64,000 nucleotides of DNA. It comes from an uncultured Oscillospiraceae bacterium (GTDB taxonomy: Bacteria > Bacillota > Clostridia > Oscillospirales > Ruminococcaceae). The stretch spans positions 33,261-97,260 of the forward strand of contig CAKSLF010000005.1 of NCBI GenBank assembly GCA_934466455.1. The letters run 5' to 3'. This document shows positions 28,901 through 37,846 of the stretch, piece after piece. Made by a program: the position numbers and the translations under genes. The notes beneath the pieces are model-generated. The model saw only the letters and a program-made list of their open reading frames with translations, had not been told where the DNA came from and did not search any database. Numbering within the stretch: the stretch's first letter is position 1; each line of letters opens with the position of its first letter.

Positions 28901-28930
28901 AGCCCGGTGCTATGCTCCGGGCTTTTGGCT
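28901..28930. terminator. bidirectional terminator AGCCCGGTGCTATGCTCCGGGCTTTT between hflX and the convergent deacetylase gene
   Basis: GC stem with A and T flanks. Confidence 0.6.
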
Positions 28931-29695
28931 TGCAAGGGATATTTGTCTTCCGTCATTATTCATAGTGTAGTTTTCTTTATAAATAAGCTCGGAAACGGTT
29001 ACGAAGGAGTATCCCTGTTGGGAGAGAATATCAAGTATTTTCGGAAGAGCCTCCGGGGTCGGCTCCGCACCGGAATGAAAAAGGATAATGCTTCCGCAGC
29101 CGGCGTTTTCCGTTACCTTTGTTACCATTTCCGTCGGGTCGGGCTTTTTCCAGTCACGGCTGTCAACATCCCACTGGATAGTAAAAAATCCCTCTTCGGA
29201 TGCGGTTTCTATAAGCGTATTATTATAGGAACCGCTTGGAGCACGAAAAAGAGTGGGCTTTTCCGCCCCGGCTACGGTTATTTTTTCGCAGGAGCGGGAA
29301 AGCTCCTCGATAATTTTTTCCTTTGAAATCGCCGCCATATCCGGGTGGGTGTTGCTGTGGGTGCCGATTTCGTGTCCGGCTTCGGCAATCATCTTTACTG
29401 CGTCGGGGTTTTGCTCCGCCCAGCTTCCGACAATAAAAAATGTGGCTTTTGCGTCATATCGTTTAAGAGTATCAAGCAGCGCAGGAATATCATCTGCGCT
29501 CCAGGCACAATTAAAGGTAAGGGCAATTTTCCGCTCCGTTGTTTCCACCGAATATATCGGCAGAAGTCTGCTTCCAAAGCCATATGCGACGGATTCCATA
29601 AAAAACAGCGCAGTAAGCGCAAGAACAAGAAAAGCCGCCGCCCAAATCCAGCCCCGGCGGATTTCGCCCTCGCAAAATTCTTTTGTTTTGCTCAT
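28910..29695 (-). CDS. polysaccharide deacetylase family protein (NodB/CE4 domain)
   Basis: Signal/TM N-terminus. TFDD-like ... HSNTHPDM and FHSG motifs of CE4 deacetylases. Confidence 0.8.
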   Translation of the reverse strand: MSKTKEFCEGEIRRGWIWAAAFLVLALTALFFMESVAYGFGSRLLPIYSVETTERKIALTFNCAWSADDIPALLDTLKRYDAKATFFIVGSWAEQNPDAVKMIAEAGHEIGTHSNTHPDMAAISKEKIIEELSRSCEKITVAGAEKPTLFRAPSGSYNNTLIETASEEGFFTIQWDVDSRDWKKPDPTEMVTKVTENAGCGSIILFHSGAEPTPEALPKILDILSQQGYSFVTVSELIYKENYTMNNDGRQISLASQKPGA

Positions 29696-29906
29696 AAAAA
29701 CACCTCTTTTTTAAGTGATATGCTGCGACGGAAAGAAAAATTCCGCCGTAAAAAATGAATTTTTGCAATAAAACCGTGCAAAAACATAAACTTAATGCAA
29801 AAATACAAGTAAATGAGCAGTTTTTGTATGATTTTGTATTGATTTTTGCAGGAATTATTGATATTATAGTGCATATAGAAAGGCAAAAGAAAGGACGGCT
29901 TTTTTG

Positions 29907-30779
29907 ATGAACAAAGATTTTTTACATAGAATATCCGAAAATATGCACGGATTTTCAAAAGGGCAAAAGAGAATAGGCAACTTTATTCTTGAGCATTATG
30001 ACAAGGCTGCCTTTATGACGGCGGCTCGCCTTGGCGAGGTGGTGGGCGTTTCGGAATCCACCGTTGTGCGCTTTGCCTCCGAGCTTGGATATAACGGCTA
30101 TCCCGAGTTGCAGCATGCATTGCAGGAAATGATTCGCAACAAGCTTACCACCGTCCAGAGAATAGAAATTACAAGCGACAGAATGAGCAGCTCCGATGTC
30201 CTTACAAAAGTGCTTAATATGGATATAGAAAAAATCCGCCGCACCCTGGAGGATACCTCAGTTGACGAGTTTAACAAGGTCGTTGATACCATAGTGAATG
30301 CAAAGCACATCTATATCCTCGGCGTAAGAAGCTCCGCTTCCCTCGCAAGCTTTATCAGCTTCTATTTTTACAACATCTTTGAGAATGTGCGCAATATCGC
30401 AACAAGCAGCACAAGCGAGGTTTTTGAGCAGATCATGCATATAGGCGAGGGCGATGTTTTTATTGCCATTACATTCCCAAGGTACAGCAAGCGCACTCTT
30501 AAAGCGGCAAAATATGCCCATGACCAGGGCGCAACGGTAATTGCGCTTACCGACAGCCATTCCGCCCCGATTATCGAATACAGCGACAGAATTTTGCTTG
30601 CAAGAAGCGATATGACTTCCTTTGCAGATTCCCTTGTTGCGCCGCTTTCCCTTATCAATGCGCTTATGGTGGCAATAGGAATTCGCCGCAGGGACGAGAT
30701 TTCCGCAACCTTCAGCCACCTCGAAAAGGTATGGGAAGAATACGAGGTCTACGAGAAGAGCGATGATACAGAGATTTGA
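29907..30779 (+). CDS. MurR/RpiR family transcriptional regulator (HTH_6 + SIS domain)
   Basis: N-terminal HTH (MTAARLGEVVGVSESTVVRFASELG) and a C-terminal SIS phosphosugar-binding domain. Confidence 0.85.
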   Translation: MNKDFLHRISENMHGFSKGQKRIGNFILEHYDKAAFMTAARLGEVVGVSESTVVRFASELGYNGYPELQHALQEMIRNKLTTVQRIEITSDRMSSSDVLTKVLNMDIEKIRRTLEDTSVDEFNKVVDTIVNAKHIYILGVRSSASLASFISFYFYNIFENVRNIATSSTSEVFEQIMHIGEGDVFIAITFPRYSKRTLKAAKYAHDQGATVIALTDSHSAPIIEYSDRILLARSDMTSFADSLVAPLSLINALMVAIGIRRRDEISATFSHLEKVWEEYEVYEKSDDTEI

Positions 30780-31998
30780 TTACGATATTGTGATAGTCGG
30801 CGCAGGCGCAGCCGGCTGCGTTGCGGCGGGATATGCTGCCCAAAACGGAAACAGAGTGCTCCTTTTGGAACGCAATCTTCGCCCGGCAAGAAAAATTCTC
30901 GTTACGGGAAAGGGCAGATGCAATGTCACAAATTGCTGTGAGCCGGAGGAATTTCTCCGCCATGTAAGGCGAAACCCACGCTTTCTTTATGGCGCAATAA
31001 GCCGCTTTGCTCCAAAGAACACGATGGAGCTTTTTGAAAAACTTGGTGTAGCGTTAAAGACGGAACGGGGCAGACGAGTTTTTCCGGAATCGGATAAGGC
31101 GATGGATATTGCCGACGCCTTGCAGCTTTTTATAAAAAATAAAAATATCACCCTTGAAAAGGGAAGAGCAAAAAGGCTTGTGTTTGAGGACGGCGTTCTT
31201 GTCGGAGTTACAACGGAGGAGGGCGAATTTTTTCGCAGCAAAAAGGTGCTTGTTTCAACGGGCGGAATGAGCTATCCCCTAACAGGCTCCACCGGGGACG
31301 GCTACGCCCTTGCGGAGCAGGCGGGGCACACCGTGATAAAACCTCGTCCGTCTTTGGTTGGGATAATCACAAAGGAAGATTTTTCGGAGGCTGCGGGGCT
31401 TTCGCTTAAAAATGTTGAGCTTCGCCTTTACAAAAGCGGAAAAAAGAAGCCCATTTATGCCGAGCTTGGAGAAATGCTGATAACTCACGAGGGTGTTTCC
31501 GGCCCGTTGGTGCTTACTGCAAGCACATATGTGGAGGAGCCTGTTTCCGATTTTCAAATTGAGCTTGACTTAAAGCCCGGACTCTCCGAGCAGGAGCTGG
31601 ACGCAAGAATTTTGCGTGATTTTTCCGAAAAGCTCAATCGGGATTTTGCAAATTCCCTCGATGAGCTGCTTCCGAGAAGCTTTATTCCGTTTGTTGTTGC
31701 CAAAAGCGGAATTTTGCCGGAAACAAAGGTAAATTCCGTAACAAAGGAGCAGCGGGCGGCACTTGTTAAAGCAATAAAAGCGTTTTCCGTTACGCCGAAG
31801 GCTCTTGAGCCGCTTGAGGGAGCAATTATAACCGCCGGAGGCGTTTCCGTAAAAGAGGTTGACCCAAAAACCATGGAGTCAAAGCTTGTTCCGGGGCTTT
31901 ATTTTGCCGGAGAAGTGCTTGACCTCGACGCAGAAACCGGCGGATACAATCTGCAAATTGCGTTTACTACGGGCTATGCCGCAGGAACGGCAATGTGA
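30763..31998 (+). CDS. NAD(P)/FAD-dependent oxidoreductase, HI0933/BaiN-like flavoprotein
   Basis: DIVIVGAGAAGCVAA Rossmann FAD motif. The 411 aa length and C-terminal GG(Y)N motif are typical of the HI0933 family. Confidence 0.8.
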   Translation: MIQRFDYDIVIVGAGAAGCVAAGYAAQNGNRVLLLERNLRPARKILVTGKGRCNVTNCCEPEEFLRHVRRNPRFLYGAISRFAPKNTMELFEKLGVALKTERGRRVFPESDKAMDIADALQLFIKNKNITLEKGRAKRLVFEDGVLVGVTTEEGEFFRSKKVLVSTGGMSYPLTGSTGDGYALAEQAGHTVIKPRPSLVGIITKEDFSEAAGLSLKNVELRLYKSGKKKPIYAELGEMLITHEGVSGPLVLTASTYVEEPVSDFQIELDLKPGLSEQELDARILRDFSEKLNRDFANSLDELLPRSFIPFVVAKSGILPETKVNSVTKEQRAALVKAIKAFSVTPKALEPLEGAIITAGGVSVKEVDPKTMESKLVPGLYFAGEVLDLDAETGGYNLQIAFTTGYAAGTAM

Positions 31999-32678
31999 AA
32001 GGACATAAAAAGATGAAGGTTGCCATAGACGGACCCGCCGGAGCGGGCAAAAGCGCAGTTGCAAAAGCTGTTGCAAAGAAACTCGGATTTATCTATGTGG
32101 ATACGGGCGCACTGTACCGTGGAATAGGACTTTATATGCTGCGGAAAGGGGTCGATCCCGGCGACCCGGAAGCGGTGCTTCCCCTGCTTAGCGGGGTAAA
32201 GGAGGAGCTTTGCCATATCGACGGCGAGCAGCGGGTGCTGCTGAACGGCGAGGACATAACCGGTCTTATCCGAACGGAGGAGGTTTCTGCGGCGGCTTCC
32301 GCCGTTTCGGCAATTCCGGAGGTAAGGGCGTTTCTTTATCATACCCAGCGTGATGTTGCCGAAAAAAACAGCGTGGTTATGGACGGCAGGGACATAGGCA
32401 CGGCGATTTTGCCGGACGCAGAGGTTAAAATCTTTATGACAGCCACCCCCGAGGAAAGGGCGCACAGAAGAGTTCTTCAGCTTGCGGAAAAGGAAATCGC
32501 AGCCGATTTTTCCGCCGTGCTTGCGGAAATTAACGAGCGGGATAAAAACGATTCCACAAGGACAGCCGCACCTCTCATACAGGCGGAGGACGCCGTGCTT
32601 ATTGACAATACAAAGATGACCTTTGAGGAAACCGTAAAAGCTGCGGAAAAACTTATTTTGGAGGCACAATGCAAATAA
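31995..32678 (+). CDS. cmk: (d)CMP kinase
   Basis: VAIDGPAGAGKS P-loop and VDTGALYR motif. The start may be the internal ATG at 32013. Confidence 0.9.
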   Translation: MKGHKKMKVAIDGPAGAGKSAVAKAVAKKLGFIYVDTGALYRGIGLYMLRKGVDPGDPEAVLPLLSGVKEELCHIDGEQRVLLNGEDITGLIRTEEVSAAASAVSAIPEVRAFLYHTQRDVAEKNSVVMDGRDIGTAILPDAEVKIFMTATPEERAHRRVLQLAEKEIAADFSAVLAEINERDKNDSTRTAAPLIQAEDAVLIDNTKMTFEETVKAAEKLILEAQCK

Positions 32679-34654
32679 AGGTCGCAAAATCCGCCGGATT
32701 TTGCTTTGGCGTAAAAAGAGCCGTTGGTATTGCGGAAAGCTATGCCGAACGGGGAAAGCCGGCGGTCACACTTGGTGAAATTATACATAATTCTGCGGTG
32801 GTTGAATCCTTGCGCAGCCGGGGAGTTTTTCCGGTGGAAAGCATCGACCAATGCCCGCCCGGCGCAACGGTGATAATCCGTTCCCATGGGGTACCCCTCT
32901 CCGTTATCGAAAAACTTGAAGAACGGGGCATTCCTTACGAAGATGCAACTTGTCCTTTCGTAGCGAGGATACATAAAATCGTAGCCGAAAGAACGGCTGC
33001 GGGAGATGTCGTTATTGTGGTCGGAAACCCGGACCATGCGGAGGTAAAAGGCATTGTCGGGCACGCAAAGGGCAGCGTTTTTGCGGTGAGAAATTTGAGC
33101 GAACTGGAAAAATTGGTCGAAAAAGACAAAACCCTTTGTGCAAAATGCCATACATTGGTTTCTCAAACCACGCTTTTAAGGGCAGAGTGGGAAAAATGTG
33201 AGAAATTTGCGAAAAAGGTATATACAAATTTATTGATTTTTGATACAATATGTTATGATGCTTATACTAAACAAAGGGAGGCAGAGGCACTTTCCGAAGA
33301 ATGTGACAAAATGGTCATAATCGGAGGAAAGAACAGCTCAAATACCGCAAGGCTTTTTGAGACCTGCGCCGCCGGTTGCCCGGCAGTTTTGATTGAGTAT
33401 CCATCGGAGCTAAAGCCGGAATATTGGAAACATTGCGAGGTAATTGGCATCACTGCCGGTGCGTCTACCCCAGCCGGCATAATTAAGGAGGTACTACAAA
33501 CCATGAGTGAAAACAGAGTAGAAGAAAACAACTTTGAGGAAATGCTGGAGCAGTCCTTCAGAGACGAAGAATCCAAGTATGTCAGAAACGGCGATAAGGT
33601 CGAAGCAACCGTTATGGTAGTTAAAGATACCGAGATCGTTGTAAGCGTAGGCAGCAAGCATACCGGATTTGTTTCTGCGGAAGAACTCTCCGACGACCCC
33701 AATGTAAAGCCTGCTGATATCGTCAAAGTAGGCGATGTCATTACCCTTAAAGTAATTAAGGTAAATGACGCCGAAGGCACCATGATTCTTTCTAAGAAGA
33801 AGGTCGATGCCGAAAAGAATTTCCAGCGTGTCGAGGATGCTGCCGGAACTGACGAAATCTTTGAAGGAATTGTTACCGAGGCAGTCAAGGGCGGCGTTAT
33901 TGCCGTTACCGACGGTGTACCTGTTTTCATCCCCGCTTCTCAAGCTACCGCCTCCAGAAACGAGCCCCTCGAAGGACTTCTTAAAAAGAATGTCAGATTC
34001 AAAATTCTCGAGGTTAATCCCCAGCGCAAGCGTGCAATCGGCTCTATCCGCAGCGTGCTTGCAGAAGAGAGAAAAGCAAAACAGGCTGCCTTCTGGGATT
34101 CCATCGAAGTCGGTCAGACCTATACCGGCAAGGTAAAATCCCTCACTTCCTACGGTGCATTTGTTGACCTCGGCGGCGTGGACGGAATGGTTCATGTATC
34201 CGAGCTCTCTTGGCTCCGTGTCGCACATCCTTCCGACATCGTTAAGGTCGGCGATACTCTCGAAGTATTCGTAAAGGATGTTGACAAAGAAAATAAGAAA
34301 ATCAGCCTTGGCTATAAAAAAGAAGAGGACAACCCTTGGGAAATTCTTAAGAGAGATTATCCCGTCGGCTCCACCGCAAAGGTTAAAATCGTCAGCATGA
34401 CCGCATTCGGTGCATTTGCCAACATCATCCCCGGCATCGACGGTCTTATCCACATTTCCCAGATCTCTCACGAGAGAATCGCAAAGCCCCAGGATGTTCT
34501 TTCCATAGGTCAGGAAGTTGAAGTCAAGATTACCGACATCGACTTTGACAAGCATCGTGTAAGCTTCTCCATGAAAGCTCTTGAAGAGCCGCCCGTAAAA
34601 GAAGAAGCTTCCGAAGAAGAAGCACCCGCAGAGGAAGCTCCCGTTGAAGAATAA
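32669..34654 (+). CDS. ispH: bifunctional 4-hydroxy-3-methylbut-2-enyl diphosphate reductase (IspH) / ribosomal protein S1 fusion
   Basis: 661 aa. The N-terminal ~280 aa carry IspH motifs (SAGFCFGVKRAV, conserved Cys), followed by four S1 repeats (GxV ... GxVHxSE). This fusion is common in Clostridia. Confidence 0.9.
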   Translation: MQIKVAKSAGFCFGVKRAVGIAESYAERGKPAVTLGEIIHNSAVVESLRSRGVFPVESIDQCPPGATVIIRSHGVPLSVIEKLEERGIPYEDATCPFVARIHKIVAERTAAGDVVIVVGNPDHAEVKGIVGHAKGSVFAVRNLSELEKLVEKDKTLCAKCHTLVSQTTLLRAEWEKCEKFAKKVYTNLLIFDTICYDAYTKQREAEALSEECDKMVIIGGKNSSNTARLFETCAAGCPAVLIEYPSELKPEYWKHCEVIGITAGASTPAGIIKEVLQTMSENRVEENNFEEMLEQSFRDEESKYVRNGDKVEATVMVVKDTEIVVSVGSKHTGFVSAEELSDDPNVKPADIVKVGDVITLKVIKVNDAEGTMILSKKKVDAEKNFQRVEDAAGTDEIFEGIVTEAVKGGVIAVTDGVPVFIPASQATASRNEPLEGLLKKNVRFKILEVNPQRKRAIGSIRSVLAEERKAKQAAFWDSIEVGQTYTGKVKSLTSYGAFVDLGGVDGMVHVSELSWLRVAHPSDIVKVGDTLEVFVKDVDKENKKISLGYKKEEDNPWEILKRDYPVGSTAKVKIVSMTAFGAFANIIPGIDGLIHISQISHERIAKPQDVLSIGQEVEVKITDIDFDKHRVSFSMKALEEPPVKEEASEEEAPAEEAPVEE

Positions 34655-34679
34655 TTTTTATACATAGATGAGTATAAGC

Positions 34680-34712
34680 AAAAAAGCACCCCCAAAAGGG
34701 TGCTTTTTTTGT
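34680..34712. terminator. bidirectional terminator AAAAGCACCCCCAAAAGGGTGCTTTTTTT
   Basis: Perfect stem flanked by A and T runs between convergent ispH/rpsA and the XRE gene. Confidence 0.75.
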
Positions 34713-34721
34713 TTATGGCTG

Positions 34722-34955
34722 TTATGCAAAAATATCATCGTAATCGGCATTCAAAATTTCTTTTATGAGTATAATTTCGTCCGGGTAAAGGTGACGCTGA
34801 CCAACCTCTATTTTTGCAACGGCACTTCTTGTAATGTCGCAGCCCCGCACCTGAAGTTGTGCAGCGAGTTCTTCCTGCGTAATTTTGGCTTTTTCACGAA
34901 GACGGCGGACATTGCGCCCAACCCGTCTTTCTACTTCCTGATTCATATAACGCAC
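34722..34955 (-). CDS. XRE family helix-turn-helix transcriptional regulator (77 aa, Cro/CI-like)
   Basis: VRRLREKAKITQEELAAQLQVRGCDITRSAVAKIEVGQRHL is a canonical HTH_3 motif. Transcribed divergently from a two-gene cassette. Confidence 0.85.
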   Translation of the reverse strand: MRYMNQEVERRVGRNVRRLREKAKITQEELAAQLQVRGCDITRSAVAKIEVGQRHLYPDEIILIKEILNADYDDIFA

Positions 34956-34985
34956 TCATTTTGCACTTATTTGAGAACAAATCTC

Positions 34986-35040
34986 TTGACATTATTATAG
35001 GATAATGTTAGTATTATTTTGCACCTATATAGGTGCAAAA
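34986..35040 (+). promoter_or_regulatory. promoter TTGACA-N17-TAGTAT followed immediately by the perfect 24-bp palindrome TTTTGCACCTATATAGGTGCAAAA (35017-35040), a candidate XRE operator. A half-site copy TTTTGCAC lies at 34959-34966
   Basis: Read directly. The palindrome sits at the predicted +1 of the cassette promoter and within the divergent XRE upstream region. Confidence 0.6.
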
Positions 35041-35061
35041 TAATACTTTTTGGAGGTTAGG

Positions 35062-35517
35062 ATGCTTAAATTAAATGGCAAGATGGGAACAGTCAGCCAG
35101 CCCATCACATTTGACGGGGGAATTCTAATATCCGCAAAAGAGATTGCGGATATTCTTCGTAAATGTGCTGACGAGAACAGAACGGAGGTAGAAATTTCTG
35201 ACGATACAATTCACGACGGAGGTCTTTTCACCGGCAAGGACTATCCCTGCATTGTACTTAGACACCCAAATCCTCCGCAGGAGTATTTTTATCAGGTGTG
35301 GGTGATAAATGGGAATACGATAAATTTTTATTATTTTGGACGGAGCAAGGCTAATTATAAAGTTAATACCTACAACGAAAAGAAACAAGGAGGGATTTTT
35401 GACCAAATAGCTGCTTCCGTTATGGGAAGTGCCGAAATGGAGCTTCAGGTTGAACAGGAATGGCATAGGAAAGTGTTTGGGCTTTTTGATGCCGCAGTAG
35501 AGAAAGCAAGTTTTTAA
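35062..35517 (+). CDS. hypothetical protein (151 aa), no recognisable domain
   Basis: GGAGGT RBS 6 nt before the ATG. About 42% GC over the first 140 nt, against >50% in the flanking core genes. Confidence 0.6.
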   Translation: MLKLNGKMGTVSQPITFDGGILISAKEIADILRKCADENRTEVEISDDTIHDGGLFTGKDYPCIVLRHPNPPQEYFYQVWVINGNTINFYYFGRSKANYKVNTYNEKKQGGIFDQIAASVMGSAEMELQVEQEWHRKVFGLFDAAVEKASF

Positions 35518-35536
35518 TAGACTGGAGTGATTTCAG

Positions 35537-36004
35537 ATGAGCGATTACTATTGCAAATGCAAAAGCTGTGAGTACATAGACCCCTCGGAGAGAAGCGGGT
35601 ACAAATGGTACTGCACAAGCTACGGTTCGTACGAAGACCCGGACAAAATAAGAGAATGCCGCCGCTATAAGCAAAGCGGTTCTTCCGGCGGCTGTTATTT
35701 TACCTCGGCATGTGTGGAGGCAAAGGGCTTGCCCGATGATTGCCATGAGCTTACTGCGCTTCGGAAATTCCGTGATGAATATGTAGTAAAATGCAGTCAC
35801 GGCGAGGAAGACATCGCACATTATTATGCGGCTGCACCCAAGGTTGTCGAGAGAATTAACAAAAAAGAAAACGCAAAAGCCATTTGGGAAGAAGTATATA
35901 ACTCCATGGTTTTGCCCTGCGTAAAGCTTATTGACGAAAAACGCCTTGACGAGGCGTATACGCTTTATAAAGAAAAAAGCATGGAGCTTGAAACAGCGTA
36001 TTGA
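35537..36004 (+). CDS. hypothetical Cys-rich protein (155 aa) with an N-terminal CxCxxC ... C zinc-ribbon-like cluster
   Basis: YYCKCKSCEY ... WYCTSY ... CRRY ... GGCYFTSAC. Starts 20 nt after the upstream gene, so likely co-transcribed. Confidence 0.6.
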   Translation: MSDYYCKCKSCEYIDPSERSGYKWYCTSYGSYEDPDKIRECRRYKQSGSSGGCYFTSACVEAKGLPDDCHELTALRKFRDEYVVKCSHGEEDIAHYYAAAPKVVERINKKENAKAIWEEVYNSMVLPCVKLIDEKRLDEAYTLYKEKSMELETAY

Positions 36005-36005
36005 T

Positions 36006-36032
36006 AAATGAGCACCGAAAGGTGCTCATTTA
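36006..36032 (+). terminator. terminator hairpin AAATGAGCACCGAAAGGTGCTCATTTATTTT (GAGCAC-family arms)
   Basis: Perfect stem plus T-run after the cassette. Confidence 0.7.
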
Positions 36033-36218
36033 TTTTCGAAAAAAATAATTTTGCCTATTGACTTTAGCGTAGTAATGTAGTAATATATTACCACATTAAA
36101 TCAAACGGAGGGCAAAATGCTGAAGATACGGCAAAGCTCCTCCTCCGTCGGGCGACATCGCAATGCCGGTTAGAAAAAGACAACGCAAAACGATGATAAA
36201 AAACGGAGGAAATTAAAA

Positions 36219-37001
36219 ATGAAAAAAACATTTACAATAATAATATCAATAATTTTGGTTTTGAGCATGGCTGCGTGCTCAAAATCGGAAGGAAAAAGCG
36301 ACCTCGATTATGTAATGGAAAAAGGTGTGCTCGTGGTTGGGGTAACAGAATTTGAACCCATGGATTATCTGGACAAAAACGGTGAATGGGTCGGTTTTGA
36401 TGCGGACCTTGCGGCGGCGTTTGCCGAAAGCCTCGGAATAAAAGCTGAATTTGTAAAAATCGAATGGGCTAACAAAAGCATGGAGCTTTCCGGAAAGACC
36501 GTTGACTGCATATGGAACGGAATGACCTTAAACGACGAGGTAAAAGCGACAATGGAGTGCTCAAACGCCTATTGCGGAAATGCTCAGATCGTGATTTTGC
36601 CGGCGGAAAAGGCAGAGCAATACAAAACCGCCGAGGATATGAAGGAGCTTGTTTTTGCGGTGGAAAACGGTTCCGCCGGGCAAAAGGCGGCGGAGGAAGC
36701 AGGCTTTGAGTTTACGCCGGTGCTCTCTCAGTCGGATGCGCTTATGGAGGTCGCCTCCGGAACAAGCGACGCCGCAATCATAGATTCCCTTATGGCTGCG
36801 GCGATGGTTGGAGAGGGAACCGGGTATCCAAGCCTTACATATACAATATCCCTTACAACCGAGGAATACGGAGTCGGTTTCCGAAAGGGAAGCGGTCTTG
36901 CGGAAAAGCTGAACGATTTTTTCAAAAAAGCGTATGAGGACGGAAGCCTTTTGAGCATGGCAAAAAAATACGGAATGCAGGCTGCGATTATCGAACAATA
37001 A
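36219..37001 (+). CDS. amino acid ABC transporter substrate-binding lipoprotein
   Basis: Lipobox SMAACS. SBP_bac_3-type family fold (GFDADLAAAFAESLG ... ). Confidence 0.85.
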   Translation: MKKTFTIIISIILVLSMAACSKSEGKSDLDYVMEKGVLVVGVTEFEPMDYLDKNGEWVGFDADLAAAFAESLGIKAEFVKIEWANKSMELSGKTVDCIWNGMTLNDEVKATMECSNAYCGNAQIVILPAEKAEQYKTAEDMKELVFAVENGSAGQKAAEEAGFEFTPVLSQSDALMEVASGTSDAAIIDSLMAAAMVGEGTGYPSLTYTISLTTEEYGVGFRKGSGLAEKLNDFFKKAYEDGSLLSMAKKYGMQAAIIEQ

Positions 37002-37066
37002 TTTTAAGCACAACGGGCACGGCGAAACAGAGCCGTGCTCAAAATTGCTTTTTTGGGGAGAATATA

Positions 37067-37834
37067 ATGACAAATTTTGCGGAACAGTTCCCGGTGGTAT
37101 TCGGCGTATTGAATGAGGGGTTTATAAAAACCCTTGCGCTTTTTGCGGTAACCCTTATCGGTGCGTTGCCTCTTGGGCTTTTGGTATATTTCGGAGAGGC
37201 TAATTCTTGGGCACCTTTTGCTTCGTTGGCAAAAAAAATCTTTGTAAAAGGCAGCAAAAACCGCTTTGCGGCATGGCTTGCGGGGTTTTGCCCAATCGCC
37301 GCCGCAGTAAAATTCATAATATGGGTGGTTAGGGGAACGCCGCTTATGCTCCAACTTCTTGTAATATATTATTTTCCCGGGCTTGTTTGGGATAACCCGA
37401 TTTGGGGCAGCGGTGCCGAGGGGCGTTTTCTTGCTTCCGCCGCCGCATTTGTATTCAACTATGCCTGCTATTTTGCGGAAATTTACCGCGGTGGGATACA
37501 AAGCGTGCCAAAGGGACAAACGGAGGCGGGGCAGGTGCTCGGAATGACAAAAAGTCAGATTTTTTTCAAAATCACCCTTTTGCAGACGGTAAAGCACATT
37601 CTTCCGCCAATTTCCAACGAAATAATCACTCTTGTTAAGGACACCTCGCTCTCCCGTGTTGTGGCTTTGCAGGAGATAATATGGATGGGCGAGGCGTTTC
37701 TCAAGGGCTCAAGAGGAATTGCCGGAGCCATATGGCCGCTTTTCTTTACGGGGATATATTACCTTGCGTTTTCCGGTGTGCTCACAGCAATTCTTAACCG
37801 GGCGGAACGCCGTCTTGACTTTTTCAGAGCATAA
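37067..37834 (+). CDS. amino acid ABC transporter permease
   Basis: 255 aa with multiple TM helices and an EAA-like loop (FFKITLLQTVKHILPPISNE). Confidence 0.8.
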   Translation: MTNFAEQFPVVFGVLNEGFIKTLALFAVTLIGALPLGLLVYFGEANSWAPFASLAKKIFVKGSKNRFAAWLAGFCPIAAAVKFIIWVVRGTPLMLQLLVIYYFPGLVWDNPIWGSGAEGRFLASAAAFVFNYACYFAEIYRGGIQSVPKGQTEAGQVLGMTKSQIFFKITLLQTVKHILPPISNEIITLVKDTSLSRVVALQEIIWMGEAFLKGSRGIAGAIWPLFFTGIYYLAFSGVLTAILNRAERRLDFFRA

Positions 37835-37846
37835 AGGAGATAAAAA

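Noticed and set aside
33494-34555. 353-aa minus-strand ORF
   Set aside because: Antisense to the S1-repeat region of ispH/rpsA.
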